DNA of 64,000 nucleotides from Lingula anatina (GCA_051362555.1 CM120648.1:39721-103720); one strand, 5' to 3'; shown: positions 35,601 to 50,100, numbered from the stretch's first letter. Translations and numbers: made by a program. Notes: generated from the sequence alone by a model not told the origin.

Positions 35601-38600
35601 TACCTTTTTGAGCTGTTGGACTTTCATATATGATCGTAATACATCAATTGATACTATTTTGGAAGTACGTAATTAATTTCCGGTGTTATTCTAGTGACAG
35701 AGGATAATAACAAAGGCATAAGGTGTTTTAAGATGATTCCAAGATGAATTTTCCTGTAGTTGTCATATACTGTAGATGTTTTGTGCTTGTTAGTCCATTG
35801 GAAACAATGAGAACTATGTAGTTGCCTTATGGATTACTATTGGTAGTGAGATGACTTGTCTGGCCAAATCATGCTAGGAATGATCACTGGCACTGTCAAC
35901 TAGGAAAAGAGGCTGCTTCCTCGACTTTTTTGCTTTATCCCTCTTGCCTACCTGCGCAGCTGCTGCTTTCTAGTTGGTTTTGTAGATTCCTTCTTTTGTG
36001 TAAAGATACCACTTTCCTCTGATGCGACATGTTCTCATGCATTCATGTTTCTCTGGAAACTGGATTTTAATATATTGTTTGGCTGTTTCTCATAGGACAC
36101 TGACAAAATCTCAATTCTTACTGGCTGTTGTCTTATTGGCCTACCAGAGCTGATCATGCATGTTTTTTTTATTTTGTTTTATTATTTATTTTTTTTATTG
36201 CTGTGCTGCTGGATGATTTTGCAGACAAGATCTGGAGCTATTTTAAAGCAAAGTCCATTTGCTTGTCTTTCACGGGCATTTTCGCATCAATACAACTAAC
36301 CAAGTTCTATAGTATTATAAGACGACACATTTTTCACCCTTCAAATTTTCTGGATTATATTTAACATGCGAATGCAAGCCCCAGTGACTGGGACATAAAT
36401 GTACATGTGGCTTTTTGGTTCACATTGACCAGTAAAAGATTAATAATATAATACCACTATGTATATATATTTATTGCTTACCTTTAAATTATTCAGTATC
36501 TTTTAGTAGATGGTCACTTAAGATAAATCTAGATGATATATTTGAGCATGTGGTTCGGGTTCCACATTTTTGTTACAGACTCAACGAAACTCATCTTGGA
36601 ATTTATTTTACAACCTTATATTACAGTACCTTTTTATTATCTTCTGTCACCAAATTAGCACCGGAAAATTACTTTTGAGCCCCCAGAATAGTACCATTTT
36701 ACCTAATACAAGCCCACAGTTCAAAGGTTATAAATTACACCAAATTATTAAAATAGCGGCATGCAACCAACACTTGGTTTTGATCAAAATAATGGCTAAC
36801 AATTATCCTCATGCGGTCAAAGATGTATTATTTTGCTTTAATGCAGCCATTTTGTTTGCTGACACTTGTTTATTGTTCGGGCAAAAGCAGTTTTGAACTA
36901 ATTGGATTACTAATTGTACATATAAACTGCAGGTCCATGTGGCGACTGAATCCTATATTTATTTGGAGGCTTATAAAAGTTTCTATTTACATTTTATGAA
37001 ACCGAAAATGCATTCTGCACCAGGAAATAATAAAAAATGACGTATGGCACGCTTATGAAGGTGTGATAGTTTCAAAATGGTGAATAATGCTCAATTTGAA
37101 AATGGCGTATGAGTGTCATCTTGGATTTGAGGCACAAACTTTATGAAACAAATAATGTATTCTGCACCAGAACATAATATAAAACGACGTATTACTCATT
37201 TACAAAGATGTAATACATATAGTTTCAAAATAGCGATTTATGCCCAATTTCAAAATAGGTTTTGGCGGCCATCTTGGATTTGAGGGACAAAACGGCCACA
37301 ATGGCCTCCATAATGGTAAAAATGAGTTTTTTTTTGCTCATAATATAGTCCAATAGCGATGGTATATAACAAAAAATTGCATTGAGATATATTTGAATAC
37401 GGGTTATTAATATCCATGGTTTTGCAGCGTTCACACATATCTTGGTAGGCACTTAAAACACCCTCTTTGTTCCTTCAAATCACCTACTATCACCATAACA
37501 ATACCAAAAATGACTTTTGCACCCCCAAAATAGTAAGAATCGATATATATATCAAGTATAGTTAGACCAAACGCTTCAAAATTCAACATAAAATAGCAAA
37601 ATTATGTCCACTTTCAAAATGGCGGGTGGCGGCCATCTTGGATTTGAGGCACAAAATGGCCACCAATTGCTTCCAAATGATCAAAAATGGGTTCCTTGCC
37701 CCTAATTTAGTCAGGTTTGATAATCTATACATGTTTCTAGGCCAAATATTAATGGAAATATGAAATATTATATATTTTGGCACCTAATTTGCATAATTTA
37801 TGCTAATTAATGTATCGATAGAGGGCGTCTCTTTGGATAAAAAATTTTCTTTTGGCCCAAGGAACATTTATGCCAAGTTAGACATTTGTACTATAAAATG
37901 CAGCGTTTGACCTCTTAACAAGCCTACTATTTCATTTGAAAGTAGTTAGAACAAAAGATGGTGACAGACCACATAAATTTAGTATGTCTAGAATACTTGA
38001 CTGTCTGTTTTGTATCTTACCCCATGTGCCTGCCTGACTTGCCCCTCCAGTTCGTTTCTGCGCACTTCGCTGTCTGAGAGCTCATTCTGGATTGCCTGCA
38101 CACGCTCCATCAGGCTGTGGTTCTGTTTCTTAGCCTCATTCTGGGCTTGCCTGAAAACATGAATTGAGATCATCTTGAAAACAGTGACATCTACAGCTGT
38201 TTTGATTTAAATGAAAGTGGAAAGACATCTACAATGGTGTTAAACTGGGCACAATCTTGGATATGACTTGCATCATTAATTATTCACCCTGCAAACTTTC
38301 ATTAATATTTACCAAGTTTGGCTGATATACATATATCAGTTTTGTCAAAAGGATCCATTTAAAGAGTAGTGCTATTTTCTGAATTTTTTCCTTGAAATAT
38401 TTGACTGAAGTCACTGGCTCCTACCTTGTGGTGTCCAGCCGTTCCTGAAGCACGCGCCTGTCATGCTCACTGCTGGTGAGAGCACGTTGTAGCTGCTGCA
38501 CGCGTTCCTGCAGGTCTGCAATAGTGGCAGACTGCTCTGACAGGGACATGTTCAGAACTTGTACCTAGTAAAAAAAAAAAATCAGAATAAAATTTTGTAA

Positions 38601-41120
38601 GATCAATAGACTCACTAAGCAGAGCAACAACTGACATTGGACTTAGTATTCTATAAATGAAACACTGATTATAAATACAACTAGTACTGTCGAACTGTCG
38701 AGGATGTTACGGATGTCCTTGATGTCATCACCTGTGCGCGTGCTGCGCTGGATGAACTGTTGTCCTACAACTAGTAAAATTCTTGACTAAAGCACACATT
38801 TATTCAGTTTTAATAATACAATTACTACAGTTTATCATTATAATATCTTTTATTTTTGAAATTTTTTCACAATATTAACATATTTATATTCATTTGATAT
38901 CCTTGAAAATTTCCTCATTTTATATCTCTCTTTACACTTTCTTTTATATTTCTACTTATTCACACATCTGTCTATCTTATTCATATTCCCCTACCTTATC
39001 TTTCTGGACACTCTCTTCCTCCTCAGTCTTGGACAGGGCGTTACTGAGACGGTCAATGGTCAGTTGTAGAGACTGACACTTGCTGTCAAGGTCCTGCATC
39101 TGACGGGTCAGGTTATCTATACGCTCCTGGAGGACCTACAAAATACACAAACAGAGGGCTGTGGAGATACAGTATTAAACAAATAAGCCTTATTTTTGAC
39201 TGCTAAGCAGCAATGTTAAACTTTAAACTATAATATTTAGCTATGCTGTACAAAAACTAGGCTTAAGACTTTCTTGACAAATAATTAGTATGCATTAAAC
39301 TTCAGTTGTCATTTATAGCAAATTAAAAAAATAAAGTCAGATATTAGGAAAAATTTAGTAAACCTTTCATAAAAATACAGGAAACATTGTATAGCATATT
39401 CAAATAATAATTTTTCACCGGACAGACCAATGATAAAGAATCCAGTTTTGAACTGACCAATACATTTTCTACCCTAGCCACTCCTGTTGTGACCAGCAGA
39501 TATGAACCACCTCTACTCTTTCCATGGAACATCTTCATGTCTGCCATTTTAACTAACTTATGACTTAAACAGAATCCTTGACATTGAAATGAACTGGCAG
39601 CAATAACAAAGCCACTATTAAAGCAGTGCAATGATATAGACTAAAGCAACAATGTCAGGTGTGCCCACACGTAACCCAATACATCTGTCTACTAAGTTAC
39701 ACAGGTATTTTGGAATGCCCCAATTTTAGTCTGAAAATCCACAATAAGCATATGGATCCTTTCAGAAGGGGGCCATGAATATTTTACCTAACAACCAATT
39801 ACACCTGTCACAGCAGAAATCAATTAAGTTAAACAGGCTTTGAAATGGGTCATTAAGGGATTAATGTGGAGCTCCCTGTTGATGAAATGAATTATTAGTG
39901 TTGCACTGTTCTGACCCATGTTTAGACTAGGGCAATTTTGGACTAAAAAAAGGGGGGTTTACTGGCACCACAAGACAACCCATTGTCTCTCTGCAACCAT
40001 TTCAATCTCATGATAAAAGTTAAGTCCACTTCCAGTCTATATCAGTCCCATCTAAACTTGTTCAATCTGATGACAAAAGTCAGGTCCACTTCTAGTCCAT
40101 GTTTACCCTGTCTAAGCTGACATACCTGGTTCTCTGTTTCCTTGTCATTCATGGCAAGCTTCAGTCTCTGAAGGTCACCCTCCATGGACCGCTTGGCCAG
40201 CTCCGTCTTGGTGCAGCGCTGTTCAGAGTCATCCAGAGCCATACGCAGCTGCTTCTTGTCCTCCTCCAACTTAGCCTCATTCTGCTTCATCTTGCCAACT
40301 CTTTCCTGTGTGAAGAAAATGCATGAGTATGATCTCTTATGATTGAATGAAACCTGTCTCTTCTTAAAAAGACTACTAAAGATTTTCACCTCGGATATAC
40401 CTTAATATATATACTTAAAAGTAGCAAATGTTTGATATCAACATTATTTTTGTTTGTTTGTATAATTCAGAATTATATCTTTGTGCTTGGTTTCCTTTGC
40501 ACAAAATAAGACCCAAAGAAAAATAATAACAAAAAAATTAATAAGTTAAAATATTTCAGTTAAAACAATTTTTTCCACTGTATCATTCATTCAACTGTCA
40601 CTACAGCAGTGTGGGTCATACCTGCAGCTGTCTCTTCTCAGACTCCATGGCCGCCAGACCACGCTCCAACGTGTTGATTTTCTCTGCCATGGTCTTGCGC
40701 TCACGCTCGTTACGACGGATTGTCTCCTCTTGCAGCATGAGTGCTGTCTGCGCGCTAGCTAGACGACTGTCAATGCCTCTCTTGTCTAAAACATACAAAG
40801 TTTCATAAGTCAGATTGATAAAAAATTAATTTTGTTAAAAGAGAAACACATAAACAGATTTCTATGAAATAAAGAATAATGAGCTCTTTAATATATCTAA
40901 CCAAGTCTTTTGAGTTTGCTTCACACAGTTTATCAAATTCTGCATTCTGTTCACTTTAGCCAAACCCACAATAAAAAGAAAAAAGAAAAAAAATCAAAAT
41001 TTGATATCCAATTAATTTCTGCCAAACTGTTACAAATAATATCTCAAAATAAAAATGTTCACATGGCTAGCTTAATAACTAACAGGTAGCCAACTGTAGG
41101 CATCACTAGGTGCTCTCCCC

Positions 41121-41156
<36 letters not shown>

Positions 41157-44100
41157 TACCTTCCTCTGCCTCTCCCAGAGATTTCTGCAGCTGTTGTAGC
41201 CTGGCCTCTGTTCTGTCACGATCCTCTTCCATCTCCTTCAGCTGCATGGACAGACTGCGCACTTGGGACAGGCAGTCATCCTGGAGATAATGATATTTAT
41301 TATATTACAGATTATTAATAAGAAAAGACATAGTTACATATAACATATTAACAAGGGACAGACAGTCATCCTGGAGATAATGATATATATTATATTACAG
41401 ATTATCAATAAGAAAAGACATGGTTACATATAACATATAACAAGGGAGGCTAGTGGCAAATGTAGTATGTAGAGTTAAAAGCTAGAGGACTTTCAAAAGA
41501 TCCTGAAAATACTTGTACAAGTGCCTGAATTCTGTCAAATGTCTGATAAATCTAATGTTTAATTTGTTTGGCTAGAAATTATCAGCACCTTTTATTGACA
41601 GTATCTTTTCATAAATGATAAACAAATTTTGTATACTTCCCAAATATACAAACAAATGGTTGTAAAATTATTTTTGGTTGTAATGATTCTTATTATCTAT
41701 AGGTTATAGCAAATATCTAATGATGAAATAAACATTTCAGTTAATATCAATTTTGAATTTTCTGAACATGTAATTCCAACCAAAGAACTCCAATAATAAG
41801 CTGTGTTGTTATATTTTTTGTGAGAAATCAATCTTGTAAACAAAATAAATATGCTGTTAGAAAATAAACATTTGGAAATGAATATTATCAGAACAATTCC
41901 TCATTTGCTTACTTGTTTACTGCATTCATCCTAAATAGAACAGAATACGATTGACATGTATTAAAAAAAAGGATTCTCCATCTTAAATTTTCATATACTT
42001 GTAAGAAGAATTTATGTAGTTTCCAGTCAATGCATAAAGCACATGGTTAAAAATTCCACTACACAGTGTTAATAATCCCTTTATCCAGTGAACTCTTTGT
42101 CTTTGCTGCATTTTAATTGTATCTTTTAAAATAACATTTCTACCACCCACCCTTTCTCTCTCAGATCCAGCCAATTGATGAACAAAATACTTTTCTATTA
42201 CCCACCCTTTCTCTCTCAGATCCAGCCAATTGCTGAACAAAGTCTCGGAGTGCAATACGAACAGCCTCAGGGTCAATATCTGCGATGGACACGGATTGGT
42301 CAAGTCTGGATGGAGACATATCCCGCTCACGACGTGTGGGGCTACGAGCACGGTCTGGGGAGCCAGTGCGAGCAATTGGACTGCCTCGGCCATCAGTTGT
42401 GGTTGTGAAAGTGTTGTCAAAGCCTAATGAAAGAAAGTATACAGATATGACGCATTTGCTGTGAGATTACTTGTGTTTGATAGTATAATTTATCAAAGCA
42501 TATCATTTAAACAAGCACCAGGTTGCATAATCTTACATTTTTTCTTTATGCTTAAAATATCAGAAACAATATTACTTTCATATTCACATTTTCATGAATA
42601 TTTTTATCACTTCAAAACAAAAAAAATCTTGTTAAAAATTCTAAACAGACTGTTACATAATAAAAACTGACACAAATAAACAGTTCAACTACAGTTGTAA
42701 AAGGTAAAATCTCAAAACAAAACACCAAAAATAAATTAATAAATAGATAACATTTCTAAACAGAAACTGAACACACCCAAAATATATCATATTCAAACTA
42801 ATTATAATGGAAGATTACAAAAACAAAATGCAACGACAATGACTGAATAAAAGTATTAATGATTTTTTTTCTAACAATAACTCGTAAAAAGATTCTAAAA
42901 AAATGCATTCGACTCTGGTGTACCTTTCTCGGGGAGACTCTGATCTAAACTTTCATCACTTTTTGCTACAAAGACATACAGACATAGATGGTAAACCCCA
43001 TGTCCCTCTCTCTGCTTAAGTGATTTATAAATGATTTTTGTTTGAGAATTTTAAGTAAATAAAACTGCTGCAGCAGGCTGAATACTCCACTGAGGAAACC
43101 ACATAAAACAAAACCACATAAAACAAATTATTCTGCAAGGAGTAAAGAAGCATAATATTAGCCATATTATGTGTATATAAATAATATGCTGACCACTTGC
43201 TGATTTTCTTTCCGAAGCAAAAACCTACCTTTAGCTGGAGATGCGGGGCGTGTGCGACGTGGGCTCGGACTGCGTGCACGCATGGTTGGACTTGGAGATC
43301 TGGGCATGTCTTGGCGGAAACCAATTGTACGTCTCAGTGTGGAATGAATGCTGCTCAGTTTGAACTCAACGTCGCGTTTGGCCCCCTCAACACGGGCAAG
43401 CTGAGCCTCAAGGGCGTTGACACGTCCCTCTGCTCCGCTCAATGCCAGCTTCAGCTCTCCAATCTCGTTGTTGCATGCCTCAAGGTTTGTCTCAAGATTA
43501 CGCCGTATCTCTTCTAGTTTGCGTTCGTTGCGACGACTGTCCTCCAGCGCCATCTGGTAGTCCTTCTCCTTGACTCGGGACTCATCCTCAAGTTCAGCAT
43601 AACGACGCTGAAGATTGGCAAGCTCTTTGCGAAGAGCCTCACGACTGGCTTCAGTCTCAACAACCTGTTTATGGAAAGAAATACAACATAAGGAATAAAA
43701 AATCAAACTACTGATATATATCACATTAAAATAAATTGAAGGAAAGGCATGTCACTGTGAAATATATATACTACTTGTGATAAATGAACATATGACCAGG
43801 AATAAACTCGTCAAGTCCAATGTGGTTCTTACTCTTTTGTTTTCAGTTTCTACTGTAAGAAAAGAGTAATCCAAACTTAAATACAGTACAGTGTTCAGGT
43901 ACAGCATATAATATCTCTGTTTTAATAGGCTGTGTGTCTAGCCAATGAAAAATGAGAATTGTACCTTCTGCTTCAGTCCATACTGCTCCCTCCTGGATTC
44001 CTCTTCTTTCTCCTCATCTCTGGCCACACGGTTCTGGAGATCACCCACCTCCTTCCCTAGCTTACTTCTCTCACTGTCCAACATCTTCACCTGACGACGA

Positions 44101-47100
44101 AGCTCCTGCAGCTCACGACGTGCGTCCAGACGAGCCTTCTCTACTTCACGGAGACTGGCACGAAGGTCCGAGGCCTCCTTTTGGACTCCAGTCTTCTGCT
44201 CCTCCAGAACTGAAAATGGTGTTATATTGGGGTTGTGAACTTGAGAGTTACACCAAACTTTTATAGATTTTTATTTGAAATAAACTGAACTCATGTTTTG
44301 ATCTTTGCTTTATTAGCATATAGCAATGTAAAGAATTATTTAACCCTTCAGAGCAAAATACCTTATTTTAGGTATTAAACATCATATATTTAATGTCTGA
44401 CATCTTGTTCATCAAGTCTTTCTAAAACTTTGGTTACTGCAATGATTGTGATTGCAATAATAAAATAAATATTGTCAATGAAGTACATACAATTTTTCAT
44501 CTAAATTGCACCTCAATTATACATATATTATCTCCAAACCAGCACTTACTTCCAATTCTCTGCTTGGCCTCCTGTAGATTGCGACTCAGCTCTATCTTTT
44601 CACCTTCAGCCCTCTTGATCTTGTTACGCAGCTCCTCATTGGCTTTCTGGACAGCCTCTTTTTCACGCACCTCATCGTTCACACTACGTTTGAGATCACC
44701 AATTTCTTTACGCATCAGTTCTTTGGTTTCATCAGCTATAAAAAATGGACACAAAGAATAACATCTACCTCTTGAATGAGCTTTTGTGAAACTCTATAAT
44801 TTTCATGAATTCAAGTATTTATTTGATAAACAAATATCTAATATTCATATTTCTCAAACTGTAATGTTTGACTGCAGCACATACATCAGTCCAGTCACAG
44901 ATAACTTCTACATGAAACTAGTCTTTGACAATTCTGTTCAAAATAAAAAGGTCACAAACCTTCCCTAATTTTACGGTTAGCTTCAATAAGGTCACGTCTA
45001 ATTGTGTCACGTGTTTCTTCCACCATCTTCAGTTGTACTTTGAGTTCAGCCACCTCACGTAATGCTTGCTCTTTCTGGCGTTGCAACTCCTGCATACGAC
45101 CGTTGAGATCCTTCAGCTCTCTGTCTTGAGCAACTCTAGAATGTACAAAATTAGTGAAATAATTAATCTCTGAATTTTTTTTTGAGTAATACAAATGTAC
45201 AATCTCTATAGGCCTTTTTCATCTTTCAGAGAAATGAAGTGCGCACGACAGGAACAGACTAAACCTAAGCTTCCAAGCCCTGGCTGCAATCTCTTTAGTG
45301 ATGAGAGACTTTACCTTCAGAGTTCTTTAAAATACAAAATGCACTTGTACCTACCATGTATACAGGTAAAACTGACATGCAGACTGCTTGTTGGATAACC
45401 GATTTGGTACCTGATAAGGCACCAGGTGTTACTTTAGTTGTTCGATAAACTATGTTCTTTCCTCTGTAATTTAACACCTAGTAATGCTATGTGTTAAACA
45501 GGTGAGACAGGTAATTTTGACACCTTCCTAGATGATAATTACACACAATTCAGAAGTACGTTATTAAATAAATGATAGATTTTTTTTGTCAATATCACAT
45601 ATAAGAAGTCACAAAGGTTCTTTAATTTTTTGTAAATAGCAAAATTTGTGTAAAACTTTACAGCTCTTGTTTCTTTTTCCATAACTTTATGCTTAAATGG
45701 TTTTCCTTTTTATCTTTTTCAACTTTTTTTGCTCAGATCTTTAGTATGTTCTTTCCACACATTGTTTTCCATTGAATCCTTTTTTGCCTATAACAAATCA
45801 GTCCCCTATAACTTTAGATTCATTAATTTCTCTGGAAATTATTCTTTAAAATCCTGCACCTTTTCCCCCAATTAAGTAAACAATCCCAGTTTTTTCAATG
45901 ACATTTTGAGACATTTCATTTTCACTGATATGCAACAGTTGTCTTGCCAAAGTTCCCCCTATTTAACTAACCTTTTTAGTTTTATTTAAATATCGTTGGT
46001 TTTCTAATATTATAGTTTTTCTTCTCGCCTTCTTGGCACAAACGCAGTGCCCCTGAAAGTATATTATTTCTACTCATGTAGCTTATGTTGCTCCACACCA
46101 CCACCTATACTTACGTAGCCTCTTCAAACTGAGATCTGAACTTCTTGAGTTCTGCCTGCAGGCCGTTGATAGAGTTCTTATCAGACTCCTGCCTGGACAT
46201 GGACTCCCTCTTCAGGCGCTCATTCTCAACAATCTGGCTCTGAAGGTCCTTCTGGGTGCTGTTCAGCTTCTCTGCCAGAGTTGACTTTTCTTGTTCCATC
46301 AGAGACAAGACCTGCAGCAAATGTTAGTTTGATATAATACAAAATATTACCTGTGGAAAAATAGGCAATTGAAGAATTATAAATTAACAGAGAGTTAATT
46401 GGCCAATAAATATTCAGATATATTTTATAAGCCTTTTACTAGATATACACAAGTGAGTCAATTCATAACCAGTTTGTGAAACTTCTAATTAATTTTTTTC
46501 ATTCAAGCTGAGAAATCACAATGCATATGAACATTGTAACACCAGCCAACATCTTATCTTGCATGGCACTGCCCCCTATAGAGTAAATGACATCTCACCT
46601 GCTGCTTCTCATTCTCTGCAAACAACATCGAGTCATCACGCTCTCTCTGGATGGCTGCCAATTCCTGCTGGAGCTGCTCTTTTTCATTCTCAGCTCTTGC
46701 AATCATTTCTTCCTTCTCCATAGCATTATGATGGAGGATTTCTTCACGATTGGCTTCATATTCTATTCTCTGGGTTTCCTGAAGTTGAAATAAGAAATTT
46801 GAAGACAAAATCAGAAAATCACATTTAGCAATTTGTTTATTATTTTCATAACAAATGAATGTCTGTTTTAGTAACAAAGGTATTGGACAGGAATCATAAC
46901 TGGGAAAAAAATTCTTTTTTACTTCACCAATTTAGTGAGGTACTGATGACAATTTATCTATAAAACTCTGAAAAACAGAAAATTTCCAAAATGATTATTT
47001 TATTTTGGTCCTTTGATTCTATAGATGTGGCTCCTACTAAGACAAACCAACACACCTTCTCCCTGGTAAGTCTCTCTATATCTTCCTCATGAGCCTGTTT

Positions 47101-50100
47101 TTCCTGTGTGAGAGAAACATTGAGGTCACGCTCTGTCTGCCCCAGTTTGGCAGTAATACTCTCCTTCTGTCTTTCAAGCTTCTCAATTTCAAGCTCCATC
47201 TCCTTGCGCAGACGTGCAATTTCAGCTGTAAAAGAAGCAAACAATATTGAACAAGTTTAACACATATTTTATTTCATGCTGCTACCACATCTGACATGTT
47301 GGCCAACCAAATGGTATTACTACTAATACTCTGTTTAGTTATTCTATACTAAATAGCAAGATGGAAAACATACAATGGTATATAAGAAATATGTCTCTGG
47401 AAATCTAGTATTATTGGATGCAGTTTTATTTCATTTTTATGGAATGAATAAAAAAACTGTAAGATCATCACATTTTATATTGTGTGCTGGAGTGTTTACC
47501 TTGCAGGGCCTCTTTACGCAGGATCAGCTCCTGATTCTCTCCCTCCAGTTGTTCCTTACGGGTCTCCAACTGAGCGTTGAGCTGCTGCGCCTCATAGAGT
47601 GCATTTTCCAGACTTTCCTTGTCTGCCTTAAACCCAGCAATGATCTCACTCTGCTGTCGGTTCTCACGCTCAGAGCTGGTCAGCTGGACGATGAGAGAGG
47701 CCTTTTCCTTGGTCAGATCTTCCTTCTCCTTGGCGATGCGGACAACGGTGTCACTCTGACGCTCACACTCCTTCCTGGACTGAAGAAGTTCCTCAGCTAG
47801 AGCAGACTTCTGACGAGACACCTGGAGGCAGAAAAACATTCATTGGAGTTAGAAGTGTTTTTACTGGTTTCATTTTCACCATCATAACACCTTAGTCATG
47901 AACAATTAACAGTGAAACAACAGTCAAATTTCAGCAAGGGACAAGAAGGGTAAAAGGACTGAAATAACTTTGTCTTAAAGACATAAAATGATTACACCAC
48001 TTTCATTAGTAAATTATTGCCTTTGTTCACTCGATATCTATGTAGCATGATACCACATTAATTCATGTCTTATGACAAAGCCACAATGATATAAAATACT
48101 GAAAAATGATGGAGTTAAAACTAAAAAGTTTCCGAGCAAAAAAGAAGATGTTCTCCCAAGATGCAATCACCACCTTCCACAAACTCACAATCACCAGAAC
48201 CTTGAACAGTTACAGAGTAACATAAGAATCACTCACAGAGTTAAGCTGCTCAGTAATTTCCACTTTCTCACGATTCAAGATGGTGATCTCCTCCTGGAGG
48301 TTTTCTACCGTCTGCTCATGGATCTCCACAGTCTGATTCAGGCCTGAATGGAAGACAACAGAAATAAAACAATCAGACAACAGAAGTAAAACAGGTCAGA
48401 CAACAGAAACAAACTACAAAACATAATGATCTATGATATATAATTACATTTGCTGAATGCTGCTTGCCAAGGGTCTGAAGGGAATTAACAGCATAAGTTC
48501 TTATTCACATCTGACATTACCATTGGATCTGAATCCTTTTAGCCACTGACTTGAGAATTTTCTTTAATCTATCCTTCGATTTACTTTTTAATACATAAAC
48601 TTAACATTAAATGAATTTTTATTTTACCGAGTTTCTCAGTGTCCAGATCCATTTTCTCCTGTTCCACCCGGACCAGTTCTTCCTGAATTCCAGACTTCTC
48701 AGCAATGATAGCATGCTTCTCTCCAAACAAGGAGGCCTTCTCTGCCTCAAGCTGTGGAAGACAACATTGTTAGAGATATAAGGTAAATCTATGAGGCACT
48801 GTTGCTAACTCTCATAATGGAAACCATATGATAGCCACTTGGAACACTTCTTCTATATAATATGAAATTTGGTAAACACTGAAGATAAATGAAGATTGAT
48901 TCAAAAGACTACTGATATTCTTACTGGAGCTGTATAGAATGGTTTTGGTATTCTGAACTATTTTCATGGAAACAAGAAAATGCTGAACAAGTCAAAATTG
49001 TGACAGCTATCACATTTCCAAACTCTTTTCATGCATCTCTCTCTCACACACATACACACACAAGCACACACTATACCTGCATAATGATCTTGTTCAGCTC
49101 AATCTTATCCTGTCCCAAACCTTCATTCAGAGCCTGCATTTTCAGCAGAGCATCGCGGAGGCCTGCCTCCTCTGTCTTCAGTTTGTTCACAGCTAGCTCC
49201 AGCTCGGCCATACGAAGCTCAGCCTTTGACAAGGCCTCGCCTACAATACAGAGGAACTCATCATAGACAGAAAAAAAAGATAAAATATATTGATTGTCTG
49301 TAAAAGAACAAAACAGATAAAGTTTATTTTAGGTGTGACAGTGTGTTGATTGTGTTAGGTGTGACAGTGTGTTGATTGTGTTACGTGTGACAGTGTGTTG
49401 ATTGTGTTAGGTGTGACAGTGTGCTGATTGTGTTAGGTGTGACAGTATGCTGATTGTGTTACGTGTGACAGTTACTCACCCATCTCAGCTTTCTCATTTT
49501 CCAGTACATCTTTGTCTAGTTGAGATTTGTGCAGAGTTTCTTTGGTCTCCACAAAGTCCTCTCTGAGTTTGGACAGTTTCATCTCCAGCTGTTCTATTAC
49601 CTTGTGGCTAGTGGAATAAAATATGAGATTCATAAGATTCTTTGGTTTACAAATTGTTCTTCTTTTATTTCTTGCACACACTGTGACTAGACATTATGCA
49701 TTTAATACAGTGCCATCTTTGACGTGTACACTCTGTTACATAAACGTGTTCATGTGAGTTTCATATAAAAAAGCTTCCCTGAGAGGTAAAATATGGTTTT
49801 TAGTTTAAATAACCAGTAAAAATGAAGTGCTGCAACAAAAGAATGAAGTGATTAATAATAATAATAATAAACTCGATTATAACAACTGCACATGGTTAAT
49901 ATACTGCTCTATCATGTAATTTCATTGAAATAATGATAATAAAAAAAAAACATCCATAAAAATATTACACACTCACCATCTCTCATTCTCCTTAATCTGA
50001 CGTTCTTTATCCTTGATGACATCATCTTTCTCGTCCTCAATGTTGTCTCGCTGACGCTGAATCTCAGAATTTGCTGCCTGGAGTTTCTCATTTTCAGTGT

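Noticed and set aside
34341-37783. Pairs of near-identical small ORFs on opposite strands
   Set aside because: Mirror images from the transposon TIRs, not genes.
34186-37928. Polinton/Maverick assignment from AGTAG termini
   Set aside because: No matching 6-bp TSD and no polB or integrase remnants recognised; TAG termini with a perfect TTT TSD fit better.
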